A model generated the notes under the pieces. It did no database searches. It was not told the DNA's origin and saw only the letters and a program-made list of their open reading frames with translations. This document shows positions 47,187 to 55,579 of a stretch of 64,000 nt of DNA, in pieces. Numbering within the stretch: position 1 is the stretch's first letter; every line of letters begins with the position of its first letter. Origin of the DNA: Thermoplasmata archaeon (GTDB lineage: Archaea; Thermoplasmatota; E2; JACPAO01; JAHFTW01). The position numbers and the translations under genes were made by a program. The stretch lies in assembly GCA_034667725.1 (NCBI GenBank), contig JAXDQS010000003.1, forward strand, positions 224,001-288,000, written 5' to 3'.

Positions 47187-48435
47187 CCGGCATCACCTCC
47201 TGCGGGCGGGCTTCGCGGGTTTCTTGGTGCAGGCGCCAGGTGGCGTAGGCGGCGAACGGCACGTTGGCCAACAGCCAGGCGAACGCGGCGCCGGTGGTGC
47301 CGGACGAGCCGGCGAGGGTGGGGGCAAGCACGAGGAGCATGGCGAGCGTGAGGGTGGGCAGCAGCACCATGGGGGCGGTGTGCTCGCGGGCGCGCAGCAC
47401 CGACAGCGCGAGGCTGGCGGGGGCCGCAAGCAGGGCGCTGGCGGCCAGCACCACGAGCGCCGGCGCGGCGTCGGCGTAGCCGGGCCCGAAGACGCCGAGC
47501 AGCCACGGCGCCAGCAGCGCGAGGCCGGCGGCGCCGGGCAGGACGATCCACGCCTGCTGCCGCAGCGCCCGCCGGAGGGTGGCGGGGTCGGGCTCGCGCG
47601 CGACCAGTTGCCGCAGCGCGCTGCGGGCGATGGCGGAGCACGCCAGCAGCAGCATCGAGGCCAGGGTCCAGGCCATGGCGAAGTGCGCCGCGGCCTCGGG
47701 GCCCTGCACCGCGAGCAGGATGGGGGTCAAGAGCAGGCCCGGCAGGAACTCGGCGGCGGTGCCGGCCATGTTCCGCACGGCGCTTGCGACGAAGGTGCGG
47801 CGCGAGACGGGCGTCCCGCCCGCGTGCTCGATGCGGCGCTGGATGCGGTTGCCGACGACGACGGCGCACAGCACGCCGATGGCCCAGGCCAGCGGGATGA
47901 CCAACGGCAGCACCAAGGCGAGGGCGACGGCGGCGACGATGCGCACGACGGCGCCGCCCAGGTTGCGCGCGGCGGCCTGGCCGGCGCGGCCGCCGGACAG
48001 CAGCACGGCGTCCTGGAGCCAGGCGTAGAGCAGCAGCATCCCGATGAGGGCGACGAGCAGCCATTCGGTGCGGCCCAGCTCGGGCCACGCGCCGGCGGAG
48101 GTGCCCCACAGGGCCAGCACGCCCCAGACGGCGAGCAGGAAGGCGCCGCCGAGGCCGAGGGCGAAGCCGAACAGGTTGCCCTCGCGGCCCGTGGACGGCA
48201 GGTAGCGCAACAGCGCGGTGTCGAGGCCGCCCTTGGCGAGCACCGCGACCAAGGTGCCGAGGGCGATGACCGCGGAGCCGACGCCGACCTCACGGGCGGG
48301 GAGTTGCAGCACCCGGGTCGCCACCAGCCAGAACACGAGTCCCGCCGCTGCCGTGGCGACCGTGTTCAGCATGAGGTAGGCGGCGTCGCGGTGCTGCGCC
48401 TGGGCCCAGGCCTGGCGGAGTCTCGGCAGGGTCAT
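47149..48435 (-). CDS. Wzx/MOP-family oligosaccharide flippase
   Basis: About 12 TM segments; G.VFW..A.R, GLD.AL.RYLP, VFG..Y. Confidence 0.8.
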   Translation of the reverse strand: MTLPRLRQAWAQAQHRDAAYLMLNTVATAAAGLVFWLVATRVLQLPAREVGVGSAVIALGTLVAVLAKGGLDTALLRYLPSTGREGNLFGFALGLGGAFLLAVWGVLALWGTSAGAWPELGRTEWLLVALIGMLLLYAWLQDAVLLSGGRAGQAAARNLGGAVVRIVAAVALALVLPLVIPLAWAIGVLCAVVVGNRIQRRIEHAGGTPVSRRTFVASAVRNMAGTAAEFLPGLLLTPILLAVQGPEAAAHFAMAWTLASMLLLACSAIARSALRQLVAREPDPATLRRALRQQAWIVLPGAAGLALLAPWLLGVFGPGYADAAPALVVLAASALLAAPASLALSVLRAREHTAPMVLLPTLTLAMLLVLAPTLAGSSGTTGAAFAWLLANVPFAAYATWRLHQETREARPQEVMPDAAPVGRGADAE

Positions 48436-48444
48436 CCGGCACGC

Positions 48445-48981
48445 TCAGGGAGAGGCCGGGACGGCTTCGTTCAGGACGCGCTGCGCGGCCGGGCTCAGGG
48501 CGTACAGCGTGCCGCCGGGGCCTTGGCGCTCGAGGTCGCCGGCCTGCAGCATCCGGGTGAGGTGGTAGCCGAGGGTGCTGTCGGCGCAGCCGAGGCGGCG
48601 GCGCAGCTCGGTGCGCGCCAGCGGCCCGGCCAATAGCAACTGGGCGATCTGGCGGGGCACCGGGCGGGCCAGGCGCGCCATGCCGGGGCGGAGCTGGGGC
48701 TCGTGGCCGTCGGTGACGAAGAACCGGCTGAACCGGCCGTCCTTGACCTCCACCAGGAGGCCTTGGCGGGCCAGGCGGTCGACGTGGTGGCGGAGCTGGC
48801 CGTTGGAGTGCAGGCTGGCGGCGCGCTCCAGGCCGCGGAAGTGGATGCCGGGGCTGGCGCGCACGATGTGGCAGAGCTTGACGCCGACGGGGGCTTCGGC
48901 GGGGGCCTGCATGGGGGCGGACATCCACGATGGGCCGGTCGCGGCCGAGGCAAGGGCGGGGCGGGGCTCGTCCATGGTCAT
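48445..48981 (-). CDS. tandem winged-HTH transcriptional regulator
   Basis: PGIHFRGL...GQLRHH..RL and a second HTH ELRRRLG...STL.YHL; start uncertain. Confidence 0.8.
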   Translation of the reverse strand: MTMDEPRPALASAATGPSWMSAPMQAPAEAPVGVKLCHIVRASPGIHFRGLERAASLHSNGQLRHHVDRLARQGLLVEVKDGRFSRFFVTDGHEPQLRPGMARLARPVPRQIAQLLLAGPLARTELRRRLGCADSTLGYHLTRMLQAGDLERQGPGGTLYALSPAAQRVLNEAVPASP

Positions 48982-49030
48982 CCGCCAACCATCTGGCGTC
49001 GAGATGGTTATGAAGCATGGGGGCGGATTC

Positions 49031-49058
49031 GTTGCCACATCCCTCGAAATGTGGGAAC
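49031..49058. promoter_or_regulatory. inverted repeat between the divergent wHTH and egtD genes
   Basis: GTTGCCACAT-N8-ATGTGGGAAC (9/10 arm match). Confidence 0.4.
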
Positions 49059-49146
49059 AAACCTAGGCAATGCCGCGGCGGCGCGCGGCGGGAGGGGCAA
49101 GGTTCAAGGGTTCCATCGGCCCAAGTCCCGTGACATGCACGGCGCA

Positions 49147-50082
49147 ATGGCCGAAGGACTTGTGGACATGGTGCGGGAGGGGCTGTCCGCCCGCCCGCGC
49201 CGCTTGCCCTCCATGCTGTTCTACGACGAAGAAGGGTCGCGGCTGTTCGACGCCATCACCCAGACCCCGGAATACTACCTGACGGAGACGGAGCGCCGCA
49301 TCCTCACGGAGCACGCCGCCGCCATCGTCGCCGCCGCCGGCACGCCGGCCCAAGTGGTCGAGCTGGGCGCCGGCTCCGCCGCCAAGACCCGCGTCCTATT
49401 GTCCGCCTTGCTGCAGCAGCAAGCCCAGGTCCACTACACCCCGATCGACGTGAGCCCGACCGCGCTGGCGCCGCTCAAGCCCGCGCTGGAGGCCGAGCTG
49501 CCAGGCGTCCAGGTGACTCCCGTCGTCGCCCGCAACCGTGCCGGGCTTGCCGCCTTGCCGTCGTCGCCGTCGCGCCGCCTCGTGCTGTTCTTGGGCTCCA
49601 GCATCGGCAACATGGACCCGATGCAGCAGGCCCGCTTCCTCCGGGACGTGGCCGAAGGGCTCGGGCCCGGCGACCGCATCCTCCTGGGCACCGACCGCGC
49701 CAAGGCCCGCCCCATGCTGGAGCGCGCCTACAACGACGCCGCCGGCGTCACCGCCGCCTTCAACCGCAACGCCCTGGTCCGCCTCAACCGCGAGATGGGC
49801 GCCGACTTCGAGCTGGAGGCGTTCCGCCACCGCGCCTTCTTCAACGTGGGCGCCAGCCGGGTCGAGATGCACCTGGAGGCCGGCCGCGACATGCGGGTCG
49901 AGGTGCAGGCCATCGACCTGTCGATGCGGATGCGCCGGGGCGAGACCATCCACACCGAGTCGTCCTACAAGTTCACCGACGCCTCGCTCGGCCGCCTGTG
50001 CAAACGCGCCGGGCTGGCCGTCGACGCCACCTGGGCGGACCCGCAGGGCTGGTTCAGCGTGCAGTTGCTGCGCAAGCCGTGA
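49147..50082 (+). CDS. egtD: L-histidine N-alpha-trimethyltransferase
   Basis: LP...FYD..GS.LF..IT..PEYY.T.TE, VELGAGS..KT, FLGSSIGN, AYND..GVTAAFN.N, IHTE.SYKF. Confidence 0.9.
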   Translation: MAEGLVDMVREGLSARPRRLPSMLFYDEEGSRLFDAITQTPEYYLTETERRILTEHAAAIVAAAGTPAQVVELGAGSAAKTRVLLSALLQQQAQVHYTPIDVSPTALAPLKPALEAELPGVQVTPVVARNRAGLAALPSSPSRRLVLFLGSSIGNMDPMQQARFLRDVAEGLGPGDRILLGTDRAKARPMLERAYNDAAGVTAAFNRNALVRLNREMGADFELEAFRHRAFFNVGASRVEMHLEAGRDMRVEVQAIDLSMRMRRGETIHTESSYKFTDASLGRLCKRAGLAVDATWADPQGWFSVQLLRKP

Positions 50083-50812
50083 CCCGGCCCGACGCCAGGC
50101 GCAGCACCGCGCCCGCCGGCACCGGCGTCCAGTCGCCGGGCCAGAGCGGCTCGCTGGCCACGAACGCGGTCCCGTCCCGCTCGGCGGTGTAGAGCGAGTT
50201 GCTGCGCGGCAGGTTGCCCGCGCGGGTCGCCCACACGCCGGCGGTGTCGGCGGCGATGAGGTTGAGCTGCGCGGGCGCCCGCTGCGCCGCCGCAAGGGCC
50301 AGCGCGTCGGCCACGAGCGCCGGCAACGCCTCCGCCATCGGCCGGTCGCGCAGCAGCGTGCACAGCCAGCGCAGCAGATGCTCGGTGTCGATGGCGGACG
50401 GCGGCGGCACCAGGTCGGGCGCGATGCGGGCCCGCACCGCCGCCTGCAGTGCTGCGAACCCGCCCAGGTAGCCGTTGAGCGACAGCAGCACGCCCTCGCA
50501 CGCAAACGGCGCGCACGCGGCCGGGTCGGGCGGCGCCGGCACGGTGGCGTTGCGCACCGCGGCCACGGCGACCGTCGCCCGCACCTCGCGCGCGAACCCC
50601 ATCTGCTCCTGCGCCTCCCAGGCGGGCGTCGCGCTGCGCACCAGCCGGACGTCGCCGCCATGGAGCCAGCCGACGCCCCAGCCGTCGCCGCACGCGGCGC
50701 CCGACAGCAGCTCGCGCGCGTCGCACGCCTGGCGGGCCAGCGGATGCGGCCCGTCCAGAAGCAGCGCGGACAGCGGCTGCGGCGCGCCCGCGAAGGCGGC
50801 GTGGCGGCACAT
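50054..50812 (-). CDS. egtC: gamma-glutamyl-hercynylcysteine sulfoxide hydrolase (class II GATase fold)
   Basis: N-terminal MCRH nucleophile, DG.GVGW, AVR.AT, PF, NG, D.E, VASEP; TGATG coupled to egtB. Confidence 0.82.
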   Translation of the reverse strand: MCRHAAFAGAPQPLSALLLDGPHPLARQACDARELLSGAACGDGWGVGWLHGGDVRLVRSATPAWEAQEQMGFAREVRATVAVAAVRNATVPAPPDPAACAPFACEGVLLSLNGYLGGFAALQAAVRARIAPDLVPPPSAIDTEHLLRWLCTLLRDRPMAEALPALVADALALAAAQRAPAQLNLIAADTAGVWATRAGNLPRSNSLYTAERDGTAFVASEPLWPGDWTPVPAGAVLRLASGRVTACAATAR

Positions 50813-52113
50813 CAGGAACCCTCCGCGTCCCGCGCCAGGCGGACGCCGGCGAAGATCTGGCGACGCATGGGCAGGTCCCAGTTGCGGAACGTGCCCGTGG
50901 CGCAGCCGGCGCGCGTGGCCCACGAGCCGCCCCGCAGGGCCTTGGAGGGGCCGCCGAAGAACGGCGCGGAGTAGCCCTCGTAGGCGAACGGCGCGAAGCC
51001 GCGGTAGGGCAGGAACGAGCTGGAGGTCCACTCCCACACGTCGCCCACCATGTGCTCGACGCCGTAGGGCGAGGTGCCCGCCGGGTAGGCGCCGGCGCGG
51101 GCCGGGCCCCAGCCCAGGTGGTCGAGGTTGGCGCACGCCGTCGTCGCGGGCGCGTTGCCCCACGGGTTGCGGCGCGCGCCGTCGGGGCCGCGGCAGGCCT
51201 TCTCCCACTCGGCCTCGGTCGGCAGCCGGGCGCCCGCCCAGGCCGCGTAGGCCTCCGCCTCCCAGTAGCCCACGTGGCACAGAATTTCGTCGGCCACGTC
51301 CCGCACGCGGGCGGTGCCTTGCAGGCCGGCGCGGTGCCAGGTGTCGCCGTGGCGGGACCAGTGCAGCGGCGCGTGGTGCGGCTCCGCCTCCAGCCAAGCC
51401 CGGCCGTCCTCGCTCCACCAGGCGGGGTCGTGGTAGCCGCCCTCCTCCAGGAACTCGAGGTAGTCGCCGTTGGTGACGGGGAAGCGCGCCATCTCGAAGG
51501 CGACGGTGCGCGCCTGGTGCGGCGGCGCCTCGTTGTCGTGGACGCCGGGCGCCATCGGCGTGCCCATCTCGAAGGCGCCGGCCGGCACTCGCACCCATGC
51601 CGGCTCACGGTGGGCGTCCGGCATCGGCTCGGGCAACGGGCGGGCGGCGGGCTTGCGGTAGCTGGCGTGCCGCAGCGCGATGGTCTGCAGCAGCGTTTCT
51701 TGATGCTGCTCCTCGTGCAGCGCGGCCAGCTCGTGCAAGGCGCCGTCGCGGGTGTCGGGCCGGCCGTCCAGGTCCAGCCCGACCAGGACGGCAAGGCACT
51801 CCTCTTGGACGCGCGCCATGTAGGCCAGCACGCCGGCGCGGTCGGGCAGGCGCAGCCTCGGCCGCTCGGGGCGCGGGTGCAGCATCGGGTCGTAGGTGTC
51901 GTCGTCCGCCGTCGCCGGGGCGCCCGTCAGGCGCTGCACCAGGAAGCGGCGGTGGAAGTTCGCCATGTGCCCAAGGTCCCACACGGGCGGGCCGAGGATC
52001 GGCAGGGCCGGCGCCGCCAGGTCGGCGTCCGACAGGCCGGAGGCCAGCAGCAAGGTGCGGGCGCGCGCCTCCTGGAGCCGCCCGGCCAGGCGCGGCTGGA
52101 GCAGCTGGCGCAT
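50812..52113 (-). CDS. egtB: ergothioneine sulfoxide synthase, type I (gamma-GluCys-dependent)
   Basis: DinB-like domain with WDLGH and HEEQH iron ligands, RxxR (RPER); FGE-like domain with RLPTEAEWEKA, YS.PFFG Tyr and RNWDLPMRRQIF (DxxxR). Confidence 0.88.
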   Translation of the reverse strand: MRQLLQPRLAGRLQEARARTLLLASGLSDADLAAPALPILGPPVWDLGHMANFHRRFLVQRLTGAPATADDDTYDPMLHPRPERPRLRLPDRAGVLAYMARVQEECLAVLVGLDLDGRPDTRDGALHELAALHEEQHQETLLQTIALRHASYRKPAARPLPEPMPDAHREPAWVRVPAGAFEMGTPMAPGVHDNEAPPHQARTVAFEMARFPVTNGDYLEFLEEGGYHDPAWWSEDGRAWLEAEPHHAPLHWSRHGDTWHRAGLQGTARVRDVADEILCHVGYWEAEAYAAWAGARLPTEAEWEKACRGPDGARRNPWGNAPATTACANLDHLGWGPARAGAYPAGTSPYGVEHMVGDVWEWTSSSFLPYRGFAPFAYEGYSAPFFGGPSKALRGGSWATRAGCATGTFRNWDLPMRRQIFAGVRLARDAEGS

Positions 52114-52265
52114 GGCAGGCCGCAACCCGCACCGCGGCAAGAAGGGCTCGTTCCGCGGCCAGACGGCCCGTCGTTGCGCGATGTTCGCGGCAATTGTTTC
52201 TCGGCAACGAGGGAACAGGGGCCAAACCGGATAGGGCGCAAGCCCAATCCCCGGCCCACTTTCCC

Positions 52266-52778
52266 ATGACCGAAGCATCCTCGCGAACCCTTGTCCGCAG
52301 CCCGCGGCCGCCCCTCTCCGTCTCGCCGCGCACCTGGATGCGCTGGGTCCAGGAGGTGGACGAGGCGTGGGTGCGCGCCCTGCCCATCCCCAAGGAGCAG
52401 TACGGCCGCCACGTCGTGCGCGACGACGACGAGGCCGAAATCATCGCCTGCACCTGGACCCGCGGCGAGGGCACGCCGCTGCACGGCCACGGCAGCAGCC
52501 AAGGCGTCACCTACGTCGTCGAAGGCACCCTGCTGGAGGAGCGGTTCATCCCGTTCGGCGCCGGCGCCGGCTTCAAGCACGAGGTCCGCCGCATCGAGGC
52601 CGGCGCCTGGGCGCACCACCCGCTCGGCTTGTACCACCGCGTCTACGGCGCCACCAAGGCAAGAAGCATCCAATGCACGGTCCCGCCGCTGGAGGACCCG
52701 CTCGCCCCCGTCCCCGCCGACGTGTGGCCCCGCCTCGACGCCGCCCGCACGCGCACCATGCTCCAGGAGTCGCTGTGA
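52266..52778 (+). CDS. cysteine-dioxygenase-family thiol dioxygenase (cupin), atypical
   Basis: YGR, W..G..T..HGH..S.G...V.EG...E and a third His in YHRV. The C-terminal motif is SIQCT instead of S.H.Y. Confidence 0.75.
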   Translation: MTEASSRTLVRSPRPPLSVSPRTWMRWVQEVDEAWVRALPIPKEQYGRHVVRDDDEAEIIACTWTRGEGTPLHGHGSSQGVTYVVEGTLLEERFIPFGAGAGFKHEVRRIEAGAWAHHPLGLYHRVYGATKARSIQCTVPPLEDPLAPVPADVWPRLDAARTRTMLQESL

Positions 52779-53902
52779 AGGCCCTGCTGCGCTCCCGTCC
52801 CCTCCTCGATGAGCGGCTGCTGGAGGCGTGGGGCCAGCGCGAGGCCGCCGCCGACGCCCAACGCCACCGCCGCCTCCCCGAGGAGACCGTCGCGGACATC
52901 CGCGCCTCCAGCGTCCTCTTGGCTCCCGTCCCGGTCGAGCTCGGCGGCCAAGGCCTCCGCCTCCCCGAATGCCTCGGCATCCTGCGCCAGGTCGCGCAGC
53001 ACGCCCCCGCCACCGCGCTGGCGCTCGCCATGCCGCTCGGCAACGCCGCCACCGCCTGCATCCCCGACAGCGCCGTGCCCGCCAACCGCCGGCGCGAGCT
53101 GGCCGCCGGCCGCCACTGGATCGCCGAGCAGGCGCGCGCCGGCCGCATCCTGGCCGTCGCCAACTCCGAGCCCGGCGCCGGCGGCGACCTGGAGAACACC
53201 AAGACCGCCGCCCGCCTCGACGGCGCCGCCTGGCGCCTCACCGGCCAGAAGGCGTTCGCCACCTTCGGCTCCGACGCCGACTACTTCCTGTGCGCCGGCC
53301 GCACGCCCGACGGCGTCGAGGGCTTCTTCGTGCCCCGCGACGCGCCCGGCGTCGTCGTCGGCGACGACTGGGACGGCTTCGGCATGCGCACCAGCGCCAG
53401 CGTCACCCTCCGGCTCGACGACGCGCCCGCGGCGGCCGTCCTGGGCTACCGCGGCGCGCTCCGGGGCGCCAACGCCCGCCACTGGTCCACGCTGCTGTTC
53501 GGCGCCGTGTTCGTCGGCGTCGGCGAAGGGGCCCTCCGGGAGGCGTGCAAGGTCGCCGACCCCGGCAGCCCCTTCACGCGCGCCAGCGTCGCCGAGGCGG
53601 CGCTCGGGCTGGAGGCCGCGGCCGGCTTCCTGGAGGCGGTCGCGGCGCGCGACGGCTTCCCGTTCCGCGCCGCCAACGCCGCCCAGCGCGCCAAGACCGT
53701 GGCCGCCCAGGCCGCGCTGGCCGCCGCCACCACGGCGGCCGTCGTGGGCGGCGGGCGCTGCTACACCGACCGTTCCCCTATCGGCAAGTTCGTGCGCGAC
53801 GCCATGGCCGGCCCCCACCTCCGGCCGCCGCTGCCGAAGGTGCTGGACGCCGTCGCCGCCGAATGGCTCGACCAAGCCGACCGCCAACAGCCTCAAGCCT
53901 AG
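52775..53902 (+). CDS. acyl-CoA dehydrogenase-fold flavoprotein
   Basis: VP.ELGG.G, A.SEPG.G, LTGQK.F.T, W.G.GMR.S.S; GTGA coupled to the dioxygenase. Confidence 0.8.
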   Translation: MKALLRSRPLLDERLLEAWGQREAAADAQRHRRLPEETVADIRASSVLLAPVPVELGGQGLRLPECLGILRQVAQHAPATALALAMPLGNAATACIPDSAVPANRRRELAAGRHWIAEQARAGRILAVANSEPGAGGDLENTKTAARLDGAAWRLTGQKAFATFGSDADYFLCAGRTPDGVEGFFVPRDAPGVVVGDDWDGFGMRTSASVTLRLDDAPAAAVLGYRGALRGANARHWSTLLFGAVFVGVGEGALREACKVADPGSPFTRASVAEAALGLEAAAGFLEAVAARDGFPFRAANAAQRAKTVAAQAALAAATTAAVVGGGRCYTDRSPIGKFVRDAMAGPHLRPPLPKVLDAVAAEWLDQADRQQPQA

Positions 53903-53921
53903 GACGCGGCGTCCCGGCCCC

Positions 53922-54941
53922 ATGCGCGCATGGGCATGCCTCGGCCTGGTCGTCCTGTTGGCCGGCTGTGTCGCCGAGCCGCCGGTCTGGACCAACGACG
54001 TGGCACCCATGGCGCCCAGCGAGGGCGGCACCGGCCCGCGCACCCTGCGCGTCCACGCCACCGACGGCCAGGCCGCCATGCCGGCCGCCGTCCTTCTGGT
54101 CTGGCAGCAGGACCCCGAGGCGCCGCCCGCGGCGGACCCGTTCGTCCTGCTCCAGCTTGGCCTGCGCACCGCCAACGGCACCGTCACGGGCCACGTCCCG
54201 AACGACCGGGTCGTGTACGCCCTCGTCGGCGCCGGCGACGCCTGGACCGAGGAGTGGACCCGCGTCCAGGCCGGCGCCGACGCCACCGACCTCACCGTCC
54301 GCCTGTTCCACCGCGGGCCGTATCCCTTCGCCATCGAGAAGTCCTGGCAGGGCGCCGCCGTCGGCTTCGACGCCTGGCCTTACGCCGAGCACGCCGAGTG
54401 GGACCCGTCGCCGCTGGTGCTGTCCCCCGACGAGCAGGTCAACGCCGCGCTCCAGGCCCGGCTCGGCAGCCTCGAAGGCACCCTGAAGTGGGAGAACACC
54501 CCGACCGCCATGGGCGACCTCGGCGTCATCGCGGCCACCCGCGGCGGCGCCAGCGCCTGCGCCATCCACGACGACGAGCGCGACCTGGCCCTCGGCGCCG
54601 CCACCCAGGAGTTCCGGATGCCGTACGACAGCCACTGCACGTTCTTCGGCCCCAACACCATCACCAGCATCGCGCTGCCCATCGACATCGGCCCCGCCAC
54701 CCGCAGCCACATGGCCGCCCCGCTCGGCCTGCCCTACACCATCGAGGGCAGCGGGTCGCTCTTGGCCTCCTACGGCTGGCAGGCGCTGGCCGACGAGTTC
54801 GGCGAACGCCCCTACTCCCGCGTCTGGGTCAACCCCGAGACCGGCGCGGCCGAGAAGCCCGTGGCCGGCCACTACTCGGGCTGGGCCGTCGCAGGCCTGG
54901 CCGGCGTGCTGCTGGCGCTGGCCCTTCGGCGGCGGGCCTAG
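53922..54941 (+). CDS. lipoprotein with additional C-terminal TM anchor
   Basis: LLAG|C lipobox; C-terminal TM followed by RRRA. Confidence 0.72.
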   Translation: MRAWACLGLVVLLAGCVAEPPVWTNDVAPMAPSEGGTGPRTLRVHATDGQAAMPAAVLLVWQQDPEAPPAADPFVLLQLGLRTANGTVTGHVPNDRVVYALVGAGDAWTEEWTRVQAGADATDLTVRLFHRGPYPFAIEKSWQGAAVGFDAWPYAEHAEWDPSPLVLSPDEQVNAALQARLGSLEGTLKWENTPTAMGDLGVIAATRGGASACAIHDDERDLALGAATQEFRMPYDSHCTFFGPNTITSIALPIDIGPATRSHMAAPLGLPYTIEGSGSLLASYGWQALADEFGERPYSRVWVNPETGAAEKPVAGHYSGWAVAGLAGVLLALALRRRA

Positions 54942-55105
54942 TCGCCGCGGAAGTCCTCGTGCATGTTGCGGGTCCAGACCCGGAACTCGGCTTGGCAGCC
55001 CGGCGAGTCGCCCAAATGGCCAAGGAACGCCAGGTTCTCGGGATAGGACGGGTCGTCCGTCAGGGGCGCATGGCAGAACATGCACTCGGTGGTTGGCGCC
55101 TGCAT
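54938..55105 (-). CDS. 55-aa Zn-finger-like microprotein (not in the ORF track)
   Basis: Translated by hand: MQAPTTECMFCHAPLTDDPSYPENLAFLGHLGDSPGCQAEFRVWTRNMHEDFRGD; CxxC...H...C. Confidence 0.65.
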   Translation of the reverse strand: MQAPTTECMFCHAPLTDDPSYPENLAFLGHLGDSPGCQAEFRVWTRNMHEDFRGD

Positions 55106-55160
55106 GCCCAGGCTTTCGGCGTCCCCCCGGCATGAGGGTTGCGCCGTGGAAACCGCGGGC

Positions 55161-55472
55161 CTAGGCGACCTTGACCGTCATTTCCATGGACGGGTGGATG
55201 TCGCAGTGGACGTGGAACTCCCCCGCTTCCTTGAACGTGTGCTGGACGGTCGCGCCGGGGTCGAGCGTCATGTCGGCCACGCCGTGGATGGTGACGGTGT
55301 GCGGGTTCTTGCCCTCCGACACCCAGGCGATGGTCTCGCCCTTGACGATGTTGACCGTCGTCGGGTCGAAGCTGTTGTCGTGGACCTTCACCGTCTTGGC
55401 GGGGGTCGGGTCGGAGCCGGAGCAGCCGGCAAGCAGGAACACGGCGAGGGCGAGGACGGCGAAGACGCGCAT
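55161..55472 (-). CDS. cupredoxin (halocyanin/plastocyanin-like) lipoprotein
   Basis: LLAG|C lipobox; type-1 Cu ligands in PHTV and C..HP.M. Confidence 0.88.
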   Translation of the reverse strand: MRVFAVLALAVFLLAGCSGSDPTPAKTVKVHDNSFDPTTVNIVKGETIAWVSEGKNPHTVTIHGVADMTLDPGATVQHTFKEAGEFHVHCDIHPSMEMTVKVA

Positions 55473-55579
55473 CGGCCGGGCGACGGGGACGGGGATTGAT
55501 GGCCTTGCCGGATGCCCGCGCGGCCTCAGGCCCACGCCTGCGCCAATACCGTCAAGAGAGCCCCTCCCGTCCGAGCGGC

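Noticed and set aside
50812-52113. Selenoneine synthase SenA or ovothiol synthase OvoA
   Set aside because: No senB or selD neighbours and no C-terminal methyltransferase; the type I EgtB motifs and egtC coupling fit ergothioneine.
52171-52210. TCGTTGC...GCAACGA inverted repeat in the egtB/dioxygenase intergenic region
   Set aside because: Only 7-bp arms with a 26-nt spacer; too weak to call without comparative data.
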